Source: a virus. Taken from it: a stretch of 64,000 nt of DNA. The stretch is taken from the IMG/VR virus record IMGVR_UViG_3300017746_000002, positions 1 through 64,000 of that record, one strand, 5' to 3'. The notes beneath the pieces were generated by a model. It was not told the origin of the DNA. It ran no database searches and worked only from the letters and a program-made list of their open reading frames with translations. Position 1 is the first letter of the stretch. Every line of letters starts with the position of its first letter. A program made the position numbers and the translations under genes. Shown in pieces: positions 42,756 through 57,700 of the stretch.

Positions 42756-45700
42756 TTATATATTACATTTTAGGTTTTCCATAAATTTGCTAATTGATAT
42801 ATCCACTTTAGCATTAGTTTTATTATAAGCTGCAATTAGATCTTGTGCATTATAAATCTTCATAACATTGTTTGCACCCAATTTTTCTTCTCCAGTTAAT
42901 TTATCCCATTCTTTTTCAAGTTTAGAATCATTATCATTTCCTTTAGCTTGTTGACTTATACTTCCAGACAAAAATGATACTGGATCTACTACAGTACTAC
43001 TTTTTTCTTCAGCATTATCTTCTTCCAATCTAAAATCTTCATTTTCTTCATCAATTTCTTTATCAGATTTTAAATCATCAAGTGTAATATCAACTTTTTC
43101 ATTTTCAGTTTCTTCAGTTGCAGTTTCATTACTTTGTGCTTCAGGTGTAAAATTATCAATTGCAGTTTCAGCCGCTTGTTCTGGATCTATAACTGAATTA
43201 AATATGTCTTTTTTATCTTCTATATATTTCTTTATTTCTTTTTCAGCAGGTAGCTTTCCAAAAACTAAACCTATTGCATTTTGAGATAAAGATCCTACTT
43301 GTTCTATTTCAACATATTCTGCATAATTTCCAACCGCAATGTTGTTTTCATTATCTATAATCTCATAAGGATCTGTAATTGTTTTATTATCAATACCCTT
43401 ATAAGAAACAAGCTTATATAGTTTTTTATCTTTTTGTCCAAATTTACCTACACCTATACCCATTTCCATAACATATGGAAACTGTATTAGCGTAAGAGTT
43501 TTTGTTTTTGATACAGCTTTCATTGTTTTAAATCCAGATCCTCTTCTAATTATATAAATATTTTTTTGTATTTGATCTGATTTATCACCTTTTTTAACAC
43601 CTTTAAAAATATCAACAGTAACTGTTTTTTCTACATTATCTCTAACAACAGGATTTTTCTTTAAATTTTTATTTATAGCCTCTTGAGTTTTAATACCTGC
43701 TTTTGATATAATAGTTTGCTCACCATTCTCTAAGTTGTTATATACCATATCTTTCTGCAAAGATAATAATGTTTTCTTAGTAACCTTATCTATATTAGTA
43801 TTTGTAGAAAATCTAAAATCATTTCCTCTCATTAGCTCTGTTCTGATTTCAGTCCCATTTGAAGCATAATCAGTTGCAGTATTAATAAATGATGCTCTTA
43901 TTAACTTTTCTAATAAGATCATTTCATCTTCACTTCCTCTTTTCTTAGCAAGTTTTGTTTCAATAACTTTACCATGGGCTTCATCTATACCGTGTTTTTT
44001 ATATTCCTTGTCTACTTTTTTATCAAACTTACCTTTTCTAAGAACTTGAAATGCATGAATAACAGAACCGTATTCCTTAGTCTGATATTTAAACACTCTT
44101 TGAGCAAGATTTGATAAAACTTGTGTAGTTTCATCACCTTCTGCAACATCATAATCTACTAGTATAGAACGTTCTGGTATTACTATTTCTTCTGTATTAT
44201 ATGAAGATACTTCTCCACCTACTTTTGTACTTTTTAAATCATATCCAGTCTTACTATGAGACATGTAATCTTCAAGAAATTGTGTAGTAAGCTCTTCATA
44301 AGATACTCCAAATAATTTTTTATATTTATTATTATTAATCTTAGGGTCTTTCATTAACAAATGAATATCATTAATGGTATTTATTATATCATCAGTAACA
44401 GAAGCTGGTAATGCTGACATAAAAGTATTAGGACCATAACGGAAACCGTCTTTTACTAATAAATAGTTTATCATGTGCACCGCATCATGATGAGTATTTG
44501 GATCTTGATATAATTCTAAAAAACTATTTTGTATTCTTGATAACTCTGCATCATCAATTCTAGTCCATGTATTTGAGTTTATTTGTGATATACCTGAAAA
44601 ATTATCTTCATTATTAGTTTTTCTTAAGGTTATATACTTATCTATAAAATGATTATTCTTTTTAGTACTACTTAAATATTTCGTTACTCTTTCAACTACA
44701 GTATCAACACTTAATGCACCTTGAGGCATAGAAGGGAAAATTTTATTGTCATATATCATTCCATTTTGTAATGAGGCTCCTTGCCATGATTGATATGAAT
44801 TATTTAAAGTCCTATGTATATAAGATTTAGTATTTAAATAAGCAATAAGATCTACTGATATGTTTCCTAATTTACCAGGTTTAGTATATGTAACTTCAAG
44901 ATTTTTTATTAGAGTATTATATATCTTTTCAAATGGCTCAGTTCTTTGTAAGAATACTGCAGGTGCAAGGTAATCATAAGATTCTCTAAATAATTTATAA
45001 TTAGTTGCATGTATGTTTCTACCTTTTTTAAATATATTTCTAACATCTACAAGTATATCTGTATCTGCCTCAAATTCTTTATTAGTCATTTTTAAACCTA
45101 ACCCAATAGCAGCATCTTCTTTTCTTTGCATTGCTTCTAAGTCTCTACCTAATCCTTTTTGTAGATTAACCAGCTCTGTCATATTTCTTATTGACTCTGT
45201 AATATTGTATGCAATTAAAAACTGATCTATTGCTGCAAGGTCAAATTGTATTTCTTCATCAGACCATTGACCTATCCCAACCAAAGTTACATCTTGAGTT
45301 TTATCTAACTTAGGCGTGCCATCAGTAATAGCATTAAAATGTTTATTCATTCTTGTTAAAGACTCAAGACTAATTACTGGTGTTCTAGTAACTTTTTCTA
45401 ATTCCCCTTTTATTTTTCTTTTTCTAGTTTCTAAAACTGTTTTAATATTACCATCTACTTTTCCATTTTTTAGTTGATCAAAAGCAAAAGCAATTGTTGG
45501 GTGCTTAACTAAAAGAGTAATTGTTTTTATATCTACACCAAGAGCCAACATAGTTGTTACTGTAGCTAATGAATTTTTAGTAAGACCTAACTTCTTTGCA
45601 AGCCTTTCTTTAGCATTATCCGTCATTGCTGTTACTAAAGCAGATACAACAAATTGTTTTCTATATAGATCAGTGCTTTGTTTACCTGTTTTAGGGTCTA

Positions 45701-48700
45701 TAGTATACTCTACACCAAAATCATCATAAGAATAATTATTTCCATTAAGAGATAGACGGTCAAATGTTTCTACACCTTTTCTTTTTTTGCTTCTTAATTT
45801 AATACCGTGCTCCTGAAGAATATTTATAAGGATGTTTGGAAGTACTACAGCACCAATAGATCTTGCACCTTCTTTATTATTATCCCAAGCAGTAATTTTA
45901 CCATTAATATTATTTATATCTATTCCTGTCTCATTAACTTCTTCTGCTAATTCAGGTAATTCTCTTTGTATATATTGCCACGTTCCTTCACCAAATAAAT
46001 CTGTTGCAGCTTCATCAGTTAAAGGTGTAAGTACAGCTGGCTCAGAAGCAATAGCTTCTATTCTACCAGCTCTAGGGTCAGACATACCTTTGTTTCCAAG
46101 CAAAGCAATTTTACTATCTAAGATAACATTGTCTTGTGCTCCTTTATAAGGTTCTCTCATTATTGTTTGATCACCTATAGTGTATGTATGTTTTTTTCTA
46201 TAAGCTTTATATTCTTCAAATGATACTGGTTGACCTAACATAGTCATTGCTTCAGATAACCCTTCTGCTCTTTTAAATAGTTTTTTAGATGTTTCTACAT
46301 TTAAATCTGTGTCTGATGTAAGAAGACCAAACAACTCTATTTTTATTTTTAGTTCTTTATTTTTTAAATATTCTTTTATAAATTCTTCTTTAGCTTGAGG
46401 TGACATATTAGCTGTCTTTTCAGTTACTCCTAGTCTTTCAACGTTTTCTAAAGATTTTTCTCTACGTAAAACTTCTTCAACAGCCATATATAAACTGCTG
46501 TTCTTTTTACCATATTCATTTAATGTGTATTTTATATAATCATAATACGCATCTTCCATTCTTTCAGCAGAACCATATTCTATAAACTCTCCATTTTGTA
46601 CATAGAAGTCTTTAATATGCATATAAAGTTTATCAATATCAAAATCCGCTCCAGATATTTCTACAAGATCTCTTGAAAATATTGCAGATGAACCATAATA
46701 AACAGGTAAGAAATCTACAAGCTTAAGATTAACTGCTGAATGTTTATCTTGTGATGGTATTCTAATACCAAACATTTTAGCAATAGCATCTGGTATATTA
46801 TCTCCTATACTTAAAGGGTTTTCTAGTATAGATTTAAAATGAGGAGGCATTACAAATTCAGTATACTTTATACCAGTAGGTTGATTATTAGAGTCATACT
46901 CCATTACACCAGATCTTAAATGATCTAAATAATATTCATTTCTTTTTAATCCAGAAAAAGTTTCATTGTCTTTATCAGTATATGTTTTAGCTTTTAAATT
47001 TGGATCTAGATTTTTTAAACCTTCCCAATCATTAGATCTAATTACTGTCCAACGTATAGGTACTCCGTCTTTATCAACTGCTTCTACTTTTTTAACAACT
47101 TTAAATCCTGCATCTGAAACTAATGCTGCTGATATTCCAGGTTGTCTTTCTGCTAATACACCTTTACTAAAGAATGCTAAGAATAATTCTTGGAACTTTT
47201 TTACAGTAAGTTGGTTATTTAAATCATATTTTGGTTCACCAAACGCATCCATACCAAAATAATCTAGCATTTGTGATTTTGCTTGTGATGCTTCAAGACC
47301 TTTTATTGCATATTTTAAGAATGCTGTAAGGTTAGTAGTCATTCTTTTACCTGCATCTTTAGCTTTTATTAGTTCATCTTGTGAACCAGCCCAAGAGAAT
47401 ACTAAGTTTCTTCTTTTAAAGAATTCATTCTCAACTCTATCTGACATTGTATTATGAAATAAATTAATAACATCAGCAATAGACATTTCTGTTCCTGCTA
47501 CATTAACTAATTCATCTAACTTCTGTTCACTTGTAATTAAGTTCTTAATTTGACGAGGATCAATAACCTCCACTTTGTTAGAAGGATTAATAAGCTGTAG
47601 TCTCATATACTTAGCTCTAAGATCAGTTGTCATATCATTTGTCAAACTTCTATCATCATATGCAGCTTGTGTATCTTGCATATTCATCTTCATCATCTTA
47701 GATGCTGTAGCAGGTACAGCTATACTTACAATACCGTTACCTTCATTTTCTTGTTCTTGCTCAAACTTTTCTAACTTAACTCTTAAATTGTGTAACTCTA
47801 CTCTTCCCTCTCTTGCTACCATTTCACCATTTCTTTCTATAGATGTAAACTCAGGAGTCAAAACAAATGCTGACATCTTTAAGAATACTTGTCCATCAGC
47901 ATATACAAGTTTTAAAGAGTTCATAATCATATCTTGCTCTTTATAACTAAGTTTATTAAACCCACCAAAGAAATCATTATCAACCTTTACCATATTACCA
48001 GCAACAATCTGTTTTAATATATCATTCTTAGTTTTATTCCATTTACCAAAACCAAACATAAAGTGCTTAAAAGATTTTGTAGTAATATACATTTGACCAT
48101 CTGTTCTATCACCTTCTTGACCTTCTTTTTGTCTGTCTGATTCTATTATAGTATCAAATTCTTTTTTTATTTTTTCATCATTAAATAATAATTGCTTAAT
48201 TATATCTGTCTCATGATTAATACCAATTTCAGGATCACTAATTAAAGAACTAGCATTGGGTCCAGCAGCATTTTGCATCTTAGCTCTTTTAATCTTATCA
48301 ACAGCATCTTTAAGTGAATATGCTTCATCACCAAGAACTAACTGATTAATACCAATAGTGTTAAGTTGGTCATTTAAAAATATTTGTGCTAGATTATAAT
48401 CTAAGTTACCTTCTTCCATATTGTACAGAGACATTAATAGATCTGCTGAATCATTTTGAACTACTTGTATTTTACTGTTATTATCTTCTTGCACTTGACC
48501 TAAACCTTCTGAAATTTCAGTAGATATTTCATCCCATGCTCCTGTTTCTTTAAGAGTAATAATAAACTCATTAACATCTTGCATAGCTCTGCTTCTTACA
48601 GCATCATCACCATTTAACTCATTCCATAATGTATCAAAATCAACCATTTCACCGGTTCTTGCTTTTTCAATAGCTTCTTGTAGACCATCAACTACTGATG

Positions 48701-51700
48701 TATCTACATCCATAGTTTCACCAGTAATAATTTCTATTGCTTCGTTAGTAATTAAATCTTCTTGTGACTCATTAATTTGATCTAACTTATCTTTTAGTAC
48801 TTGAACTAGTCTGTAATCTTCAGCTTCCAAGGCTATGTCTATTCTTTCTTGTAATTCTTCTATAGTTTTAACAGTTATTTGTTTAGTGCTAAGACCAACT
48901 TGAACTTTAGAATCTTTAGATAAAGGAACAAAAGAAAATATATTTCTTGAAGTTGTAGATTTATCATTTAACCATTGTGCATCCTTAAGTAAGTATGTAT
49001 AAAATGTTTTATTACCATTTCTAAAAGAATACATTCTTCTATTCTTATCTTTACGGTTAGTGTATTGTTCAGATGTAAGAATTGAAGTACCCATCTCTTT
49101 CATTAACCTATCTTGTTCTGCATTGGTTATATCACTAAACTTCTTAAAACCTTGGTTGTACATTACAAACTGCATACCTCCAATGTCAACAATAGAATTT
49201 TCTCCAACAGATAGATTAGTTGATACAGCAACTTCACGGGATCTTAATACAGTACTAAGATTACCAGCAATTAGTTCTTCAGAAACTACATCTCCTATAC
49301 TAGGAGCTTCTATATTAATAGCTCTGTTCTTCCTAGCTTTTAATGAGTTTGTTAATTCTGCAACATCATCTATTCTAGTTAAACGCCCTGTATCAGTTCT
49401 ATTATTATCTTTATCTGTATTTCCTAAATAGATACTTTGTTTAGTTCTAGTTTCAGGATTAGCTTCTCTTTGTGCTCTTTCAAAAGATTGTTTAACTATT
49501 GTTTTTCTTTTTTCTACTGCTTCATCAGTTAAAGTTAAACCTTCATCTGACATTTCCACTTGCTTATATATTGCTAACGGTGCAAAATCTCCAGTGTTAG
49601 ATGCTTCAATAACTCTTATAAATATAGGAGCTAATACAAAAGGTTCACCAGTTTCTTTATCATAAAATTTAGGTGATTTATCAGGTGAAGTTCTATTATA
49701 ATAATACAAGTATGTGTGAATTAAACTTAATGCAAATTCTTTAGGTGTTGATGAACCAAACTGAACACCAGGTTTTTGATTAACATCAAGAGCTTTATTT
49801 TCTCTTAATACTCCATTTTCACTTATGTTTAATATACCGTCAGATTTAAGCCCAGAAATTCTCATAGGGTTTATTAAACCTTTTTCCACTATTGTTTGAA
49901 ACTTAGAGTCGTTTAAAAGTACATTATCCTTCATAAAAGGACTCTCTAGTATTTTGTTTGCAACATAGTCTGCCCCTTTCATTTCAATAATCTTTTCTAA
50001 ATGCAGTGTAGGCATTTGATGTGCATATATTAAATTTCCTTTAGGATCTTTAAATACAGTAGCACCAACAGATTCAGAAAATGGAGCATTGTTTATTGAT
50101 ATTTTAATAAGTCTAGATTTTATACCATAGAGTTCATCTGTTTTTTTAGAAGTATCTTCTCCATCTACGTCTTGGTTATCAAGAAATATGTTTTCTCCTC
50201 TGTTAATAGACTTTACTAATTCTTCAATGTCTACTTCTTCTATAGCATCATACATACTAAATGTATCAACTAGCATTTTTTGTTCAGGTGTAAAATTAGA
50301 TTGATCAAGAATATTAGTTAGAACACTATATTCTAAATATAAAGGACTAATGTCCATACCAAGATCAACTCTTAAATCTTCTGCTACTGAACTAGCTCTA
50401 TCAGATAGGTTTGTTTGTTCATCTATTTTAGAAATTGCCATTAATTGAGTTAGACTATTTAATGTTAGTGTTGCATTTGTATTTTCTTCAGAACCAAGAA
50501 CTTTAACTAAGTTATACATTTTATTAAATGAACTAGCCCATTCAGATAGTGTATGATGTGCATCATCTTTAGTAGTAGCAGAATATAAATTTACTACACC
50601 ACTACTATCTTTTTGCCAAAATATGTTATCTACTCTAAAGTTCATAAAACCATTTATAAACTGTTGGTATAATTCAGAGTCTTTTATCTCAGGTAATGTG
50701 TAATTATCATCAAACAATACTGCTGTTTTACCTGCATCATCCATAGCTTTATCAAACAGTCCAATATCTTTAAAGAAATTATCAATAAAGGCTTTACTGT
50801 GTGGGTTTTTTCTAGAATATAACCATGCTTTTTTAATTATCTCTATTTCATTTACTTCATTAGCAACTGCTTTTAGTATACCGTTATATACTCTATGTGC
50901 ATCAACACCAATGTTTAAAAGTTCAGTTTCAGCATCATCAAAATACTTATTACCGTATGTATCTGCTTCATTTAATGTAGTTAGACCAATATATGTTCTA
51001 AGGTCTGGACTTAACATTGATGAAAAACCTCCTATTTCATCACTAGATTTACCCCATTCATTTATAGATCTTACACCATCAGCTTCTAATTCTGCAATAT
51101 CTTCTTCTTCAAGATTTATCTTTTCAGCAATATCAGCAAGCCTTTCATTTACCATGTCTTTAATATCTTCAACTTGATCTAACATTGAATCATACATGTT
51201 CCTTACATGAGGAAGTGTATCTACTTGCCATTCCTCACTTTTTTGCATATAGAAATCTCTATTTGGATTATACATTTCAATTGCTAAGAAGACTACCTTT
51301 TCTAATTCTTCATTTTTATTAAAAACTCCTTCATGATTTCTTTTTCTTTTAAGGTATAGGTTTGTTATACCAGAAACAATAGTATGTTGCTGATCTGCAG
51401 GCATTACATTGTTTATTCTTTTTTCTATAAACTTTCCTTTTTGTGTTTTACTTTCATAACGAATATCTAATGTACCTAATCTAATTGACTTTTTGTATGC
51501 TACAGATGGAACTCCTTCTGCAGCCGCTATAGTAAACTTATTAGTTTGAACACCAGCTCTTTTATATTTTCCACCATCAATATCTTTAAATAATGAATTT
51601 AATTGATATGACTTATCTGCTTTAAATTGTCTTAATACTGCTTTGATAAAGTCTATAATTCTAGTAAACAAACTCTTAATTTCTGTATTTGTTTTAGTAG

Positions 51701-54700
51701 TAGCAGGATTCATTTTAAATTCCTCAAATCTATCTGCCATATACTCCTCAGCTAATATATCAGATAATTCTTTAGTGTTCATCTCTTTATAACCCATATC
51801 TATTAATCTTAAGAAGTCAAATGCTTCTGACTCAGATTTAACAAAGATACCTTTATCTATCTCATATCCTTTTTCAGTTCTATATAATGCTCTAAGTTCT
51901 TTTTTAGCAATACTACTATATTTACTCATCTCAGTATCTGTTAGTAGCGTCCTATATACTGCATGGAATGCTTCATGATATTTAAATGGAGCCATTGCAC
52001 TAGTAGCAACTTCCCCTCCTAAAACGCTATCAAATGCATCAGTTTTTGGATTATATATAGACTGCATAGCTAATTCAAAATAACCTACAGTCATAAATTT
52101 ATCTTTCAGTTTACCAGTAAGATAATTTACATATGCTTCTCCTGATTCATGAAAACCAGTCATATCAGATAGTAATATTGTATCAGGTAGATTTGCAGAT
52201 AACCAATCTCTAAATGTATCTATATCCTCAATATCATTACCATCAAAGTTTCTTGTAATCTTACGTATTTTAAAACTATCTTCAAATGCTTTTTTAACAG
52301 CAGCTTTTAACTCTTGTATTTTAGGATCAGTTATGACAATTTGTTGTAAAACTCTATTTATAGCAATTTTACCATCATTAGTTTCTTCATTATATAATTC
52401 AGCATTACGTGCAATTAACTCAGCTCTTTTCTCAGCTCTTAACTTTATTGTATAATCCTTAAGCTCTCTCTCTAGTCTTGAATGTTCAGCAAGTGCTTTT
52501 TGATTTTCAGCTTCTTTAGGTGTATCAGCAGGTACAGCAGATTGTTCTAACACTTCTATTCTAAGTTCAGCAATTCTATCTCTATATGCTGCTTGAACTT
52601 CTTTTTCAAATTCATCAAGACTTTCTCCTATATTTAATTTAACAGCAATTATTTTTAATTGGTCATTAGAAATATTTTCATAATCATCTAATGCAGCATC
52701 CTGTCTTTGTTCTGGTGTTAATTCTTCAACTACTTCATTATCTTTTTCTCTTTCTCTTTCTGATCTTTCTTTTTCTTTAAGAGCATCAGACTTTCTAATT
52801 ATAGGTGTTGTTAATCTAGATATATTACTTCCTTCTAAGTTTAATGTTATGTAAAAACCTTTTTTAACTTCTGATGTTAAGTTTGTTCTTGCAAGAGACA
52901 ATACATTAAAATCCATATTCTTTTTATTAATAGGATATTTAAATGAATTTTTAGTAGGTTGAAAAGCTTTAAAATTTTCATCAGTTAATGCAGCAATCAT
53001 ATCTTCTGCATTATTCCATTCTTGTACTGCTTCAAAATCTATAACTGATTTTAATCTATGATTTTCTGCTTTATCAGATACATTAAAGTTTCTAATTGAA
53101 ACATTTAAACCTCCTATACTGTTCACGTTAAGTGTAACAAATATACCAGGACCCGCAGCAATAAACATACCAGGTAGATCAAATTCTGAATCAGCAGGTG
53201 ATCCATCCATTAATTCTTTATTCCACTTATCATTAAAAGTAATATCTTCAAAATGATTATCATGTGTATCTTTAGATCTTTCTTTTATACTATTTAAAAA
53301 ACTATCAACATCATCAAGACTCATTGTATCTGGAGTAAGTGTAACAATAGCATATTTACCATTATCTAACTTTACAAGAGCATTATATTTACCTTTTAAG
53401 TTAGGGCTTTTAGATTCTAATTTACTGTAAATAGATATAACCTCTTGATACAATTTTTTACCTGCTGGTTTAGTTGTATCAATATTATTTACTGGATTAC
53501 CTTTTACTTTAGAATAAACCCACTTACCATCTTTGTTTTTGTATTTTGAAGGGTAGTTTCTATTGTAGTCCATAATAAAATATGGAGGTTGACCATCTAC
53601 TGTAATATCTGAATAATCCGCTCCTTCTACATCTGTAACTACATATTTATAATCTAATTCACCAAACGTAGCTCCTTGTTCTCCTTTACCGGTTAACCTA
53701 GTTAATGCTCCTTCTGATAACGTAACTCCAATATCTTCAAGATCTGCTATATCAATAATAACCTCCTCTTGGCCTGATTCATCCAACGTTTTTTGCAAAA
53801 ATTCTTCTATAGCATATGCTTGAACATAATTGTTTTTAATCTTGTCAACTATATTATCTATGTTATCACTTTTATATGTTCTAAATAAATCATATGCTTG
53901 TTGATTAGTTATTTGAAGTGGGTCAATAGTATTACCATTACCATCTAACAATACTACCGAACTTGAACCTTGAAAAAATCCTACAGTTTCAGCAACTAAA
54001 TTACCCTCATCATTTATTTGTTCTGATATTATTTCAACATAAAGTTTTTGTTTTTGAATTCTTATACCAGGATTTTTAGGATCTTCTCCAAATTGAAACT
54101 GCTGAAGTTTATTTACATTAGTTTGTCTATCATCCCATTTAGGACCTCTTCTTATTTTTAGTTTTAATGCTCCCTGCTTTTCAGGACTTAACTCTCTTAG
54201 TAACTTTTGAAGTCTATCATTTGCTTCTTTTATTCTTTTTTCTTTATTTTTTATAGCAAAATCATACTTTGGAATAATTGAAAGAGGTTCCCTAGTTAGT
54301 ATCTTAGATATTCTTGTATCATCATCAATAGTCTCATTCTCAACTAAAGTCCAATTATTAATAAAATCATCTACTTTAATAAACTCTTGATCACTTTTCT
54401 TTTTACTATTTGGATCATATGCAGGTCTTAAATGTATTCCCTTCTTAGTTAGTTTATTACCATGAACCATAAACTTATCACCCGTTTCATTATTCTGTAC
54501 AATATCACCTTTCTTTAAAGATACTTCTTCATTAAGTTCATATCCTTCTTCTTTTTTATCTTGTCTTACTTTTTGATTTCTAGAATTAGTTGCATCTTCT
54601 ACTGAACCATATACATCATCATTAATAGGATCACCATTGTTATCTACAATTCTATACATTTGTACGTCCCCTTCTTCTTTTGAGATAGTAGTTTGTTGAA

Positions 54701-57700
54701 CATTTAAACCAGAAGAATGACCTTTTCCTTTTTTATCTACAACCTTTTTTCTTTGTGTATTTTTTTTAGTATTATATTTTTTAGGAATTATCTTTGTAGA
54801 CGTACCAGTTATTTGTTCAACTGTTGTATCAGTTAGTTTTAATATACTTTGAACATTATTTGTGTCTTCATTAGCCATTAACCACTCATTAAAATCAGCC
54901 TTTTCCCCTTTTGCAAAGGCTGGTAAAAATACTTCTTGATTTAATTTCATAATAGCAAAAGCAACTTTTCTTGCTTTCTTTGAGGCAGTGCTATCTAGCC
55001 AATCTCTTTCTGTCATTGGAGTTCCCTTTACACCTCTTTGATAGGTTCTATATTGTTTTTTTAAGTATTGTTTACTTAATGATACACCAGATTCAAAATC
55101 TATTTTATCATCAACAATTTCTCCTGTTTCTTCATCTACTTTAGGTGTAAAGTTATCATCATAGTTATATTCATCATCTCTTATATCTTCAAAGTCTTCT
55201 TGTTCTTCTACATCAAAAGACTCACTTTCTTTTTTACGTGCTGTATTTTCATAAACACCTATTATGTTTTCTATTTTATCAGCAAGCGCTTTATTTTTTG
55301 GATCAGTAAATATAATTTCACCTTTTTTATTAAAGAATGTGTGTGGCATAGGTCCTTCACCTTTTAACCATTGTTCAACCTCAAACATATCCGGGTATAC
55401 TTCAAGTTTAGATAAAGCATTTAAGACATTATTTTTTTCAGTTTGATCAACATACTTTTCTATTCTTTCTCTAACTCCTCTTTTGTTCTCTTCAAAAGCT
55501 TGTTTAAACTGAACTGTAAACTTATCAGCCATGTCATTCAATTTACCAGGAGACATTATATACTGTATAGCTTTATTATAGTCTTCAGCTCTTCCGTTTA
55601 GGAATTTATAGTCTACAATTTTAAGAAGCGTCTCATCTATTTTATCAGAATTAATAAACTCATCATTAGTATTTGCTACAAATTGTAAGAATTTTACAAA
55701 AGGATCTTTTAAGCTTTTTATATTCTGTTCATTAAACATTCCAAAAGGTTGACCTGGTAAACCTTTAAGTTTTGGAATATTAACCTGCTGATCACTTAAC
55801 ACTCTTTCTCTAATTTCAATAATTACTTTTTCTTGAATAGACTGTTCTTTTTTTCTTTGAGCTTCTTCATCAGGTGTTTCTCCTTCTTTAGGTACAAATA
55901 CTGGAGCTGTTTTCTCAACATTTTTTGGATCTGTTAGTACTCCAAAATAAGTTTGTAATAAAGCTAACCTATCTATTTTATTTTTATTTATGTCTTTTTG
56001 ATCTTGTGTTGTTTCTCCTTCAGTTTCTCCAAAAAGTTTTATTTCTGTTTTTAAAAGATTAATCTCATTTATAAGATCATTCATATTGGTTAGCACATCT
56101 AAATCAGATCTTGATAAATTAGCAACAACAGGATCTGCTGCCATGTCTTTATACATTTGATTTGATCTTTCTAAAGCTCTTTTAAATGTATCTCTTGTAA
56201 ATAATGCAAGCATCTTTGCATGATTAAACGCTGCTTGTTTAATTACTTCTTCATTCCACTCTCTAGATTTTACTTCAAAATCAGAAGGATTATATGGGTT
56301 TATTATTTCGTCATTAAGTTGTTTAAATGACTTTTCTAAACTATCTAGATTAGTCATCATACTATTTATACGTTCTCTGGTTTTACCACTTTTAATTTCT
56401 TCTGCTGTAGCATTTGGAAATGCCTCAGCTAATCCTTGATCATCTAGTTTAAGAAAGTCTTCTAGTTGGGAACGAAACTCATAAGCTTTACCAGAACTTA
56501 ATACTGTGTGTAAATGTTGAAATATTCCTTTATCTTTTGCATCCATAAAGTTTAATACAGATCCTGCCATAGATGCATCAAACATTTCTTCATTAGCCAT
56601 TTTTTGATTTATGGCATTAATCTTATCTGGAGAAAAATATTCTTCAGGATTTTCATATACTTCATTAAGTACTTTTACAGTTTCATTAACATAATCATTA
56701 CGTTCTTTTTCATATTTTGCATATGCTTTTGGATCCATGTATTTTTGATACATCTGTGGTGCAAATTCAAAAACAGCTTTTTGTGGTCCTTGTACTAAAC
56801 CACCCATTAAGAATCCTGACATAAATACTTCAAAACCTTGACCAGACATTTGAGATCCTAGTCCTGCTTTTATAGATGCATATTGTGCATCAAGACCCGC
56901 CATTCCTGGATCCTTATAGATATTACTATAATAATCTTTTGCACCTACTGCAATTGCTTCTTGAAATATTTCTTGAAAACCTTCAACTGAATTTGGTAAT
57001 GTATATCTTAATAATTCACCACCAAATATTTTAAGATTACCATTAAGACCACGTTGTCTAAGTCTTCCTAATCTTGATGTACCACCGTCATAAAACTTTT
57101 TGGTACCTTTTTTACCCATTTGTTTAGCAGTGCTTTCTAATATCTGACTACCTACACCTCTCTTAGTAGCTTCAAGTGCTTTGTTAATTCCTCTAAATCC
57201 TCTTAATGCCCCATCAAATACAATCATGTTTGATGCAAATATTATAGGGAAGTTCCACATTAAAGTAGTAAATGCTGCTTCATCAGACTTCTCTACTATT
57301 TTTGCTATTTCATCTGCTGATGGATCGTTACCATTATTATTTGCTTTATAGTCAGCATAGTGTTCAGAAATAAAATCATTCTTTACCATTCCTGCTTCTA
57401 ACTTACTTTCAGCTATAGCAAGATTAACCATTCTCATATCTCTATAAAATCCTCCTGCTGTTTTTGCAACTTTAGCAGCAGTACTAAGAGCCTTTGCTGT
57501 ATTTTCAGCTGTTTTCCAACTCTTAATTGCTTTATATGTATTAGGTGTAAGTTTATCTGCTGTCCATAAACCAGCTCTTAACCAAAAAGATTTTGCGTCA
57601 TCTGCATTCTTTACTGTTTTTAATAAAGCTTCTGATGCATTTTGTGCGTCTTTAATCTTATCTCCAACTCTACCTAATCTAGCAACGTTATATGCAGTTC

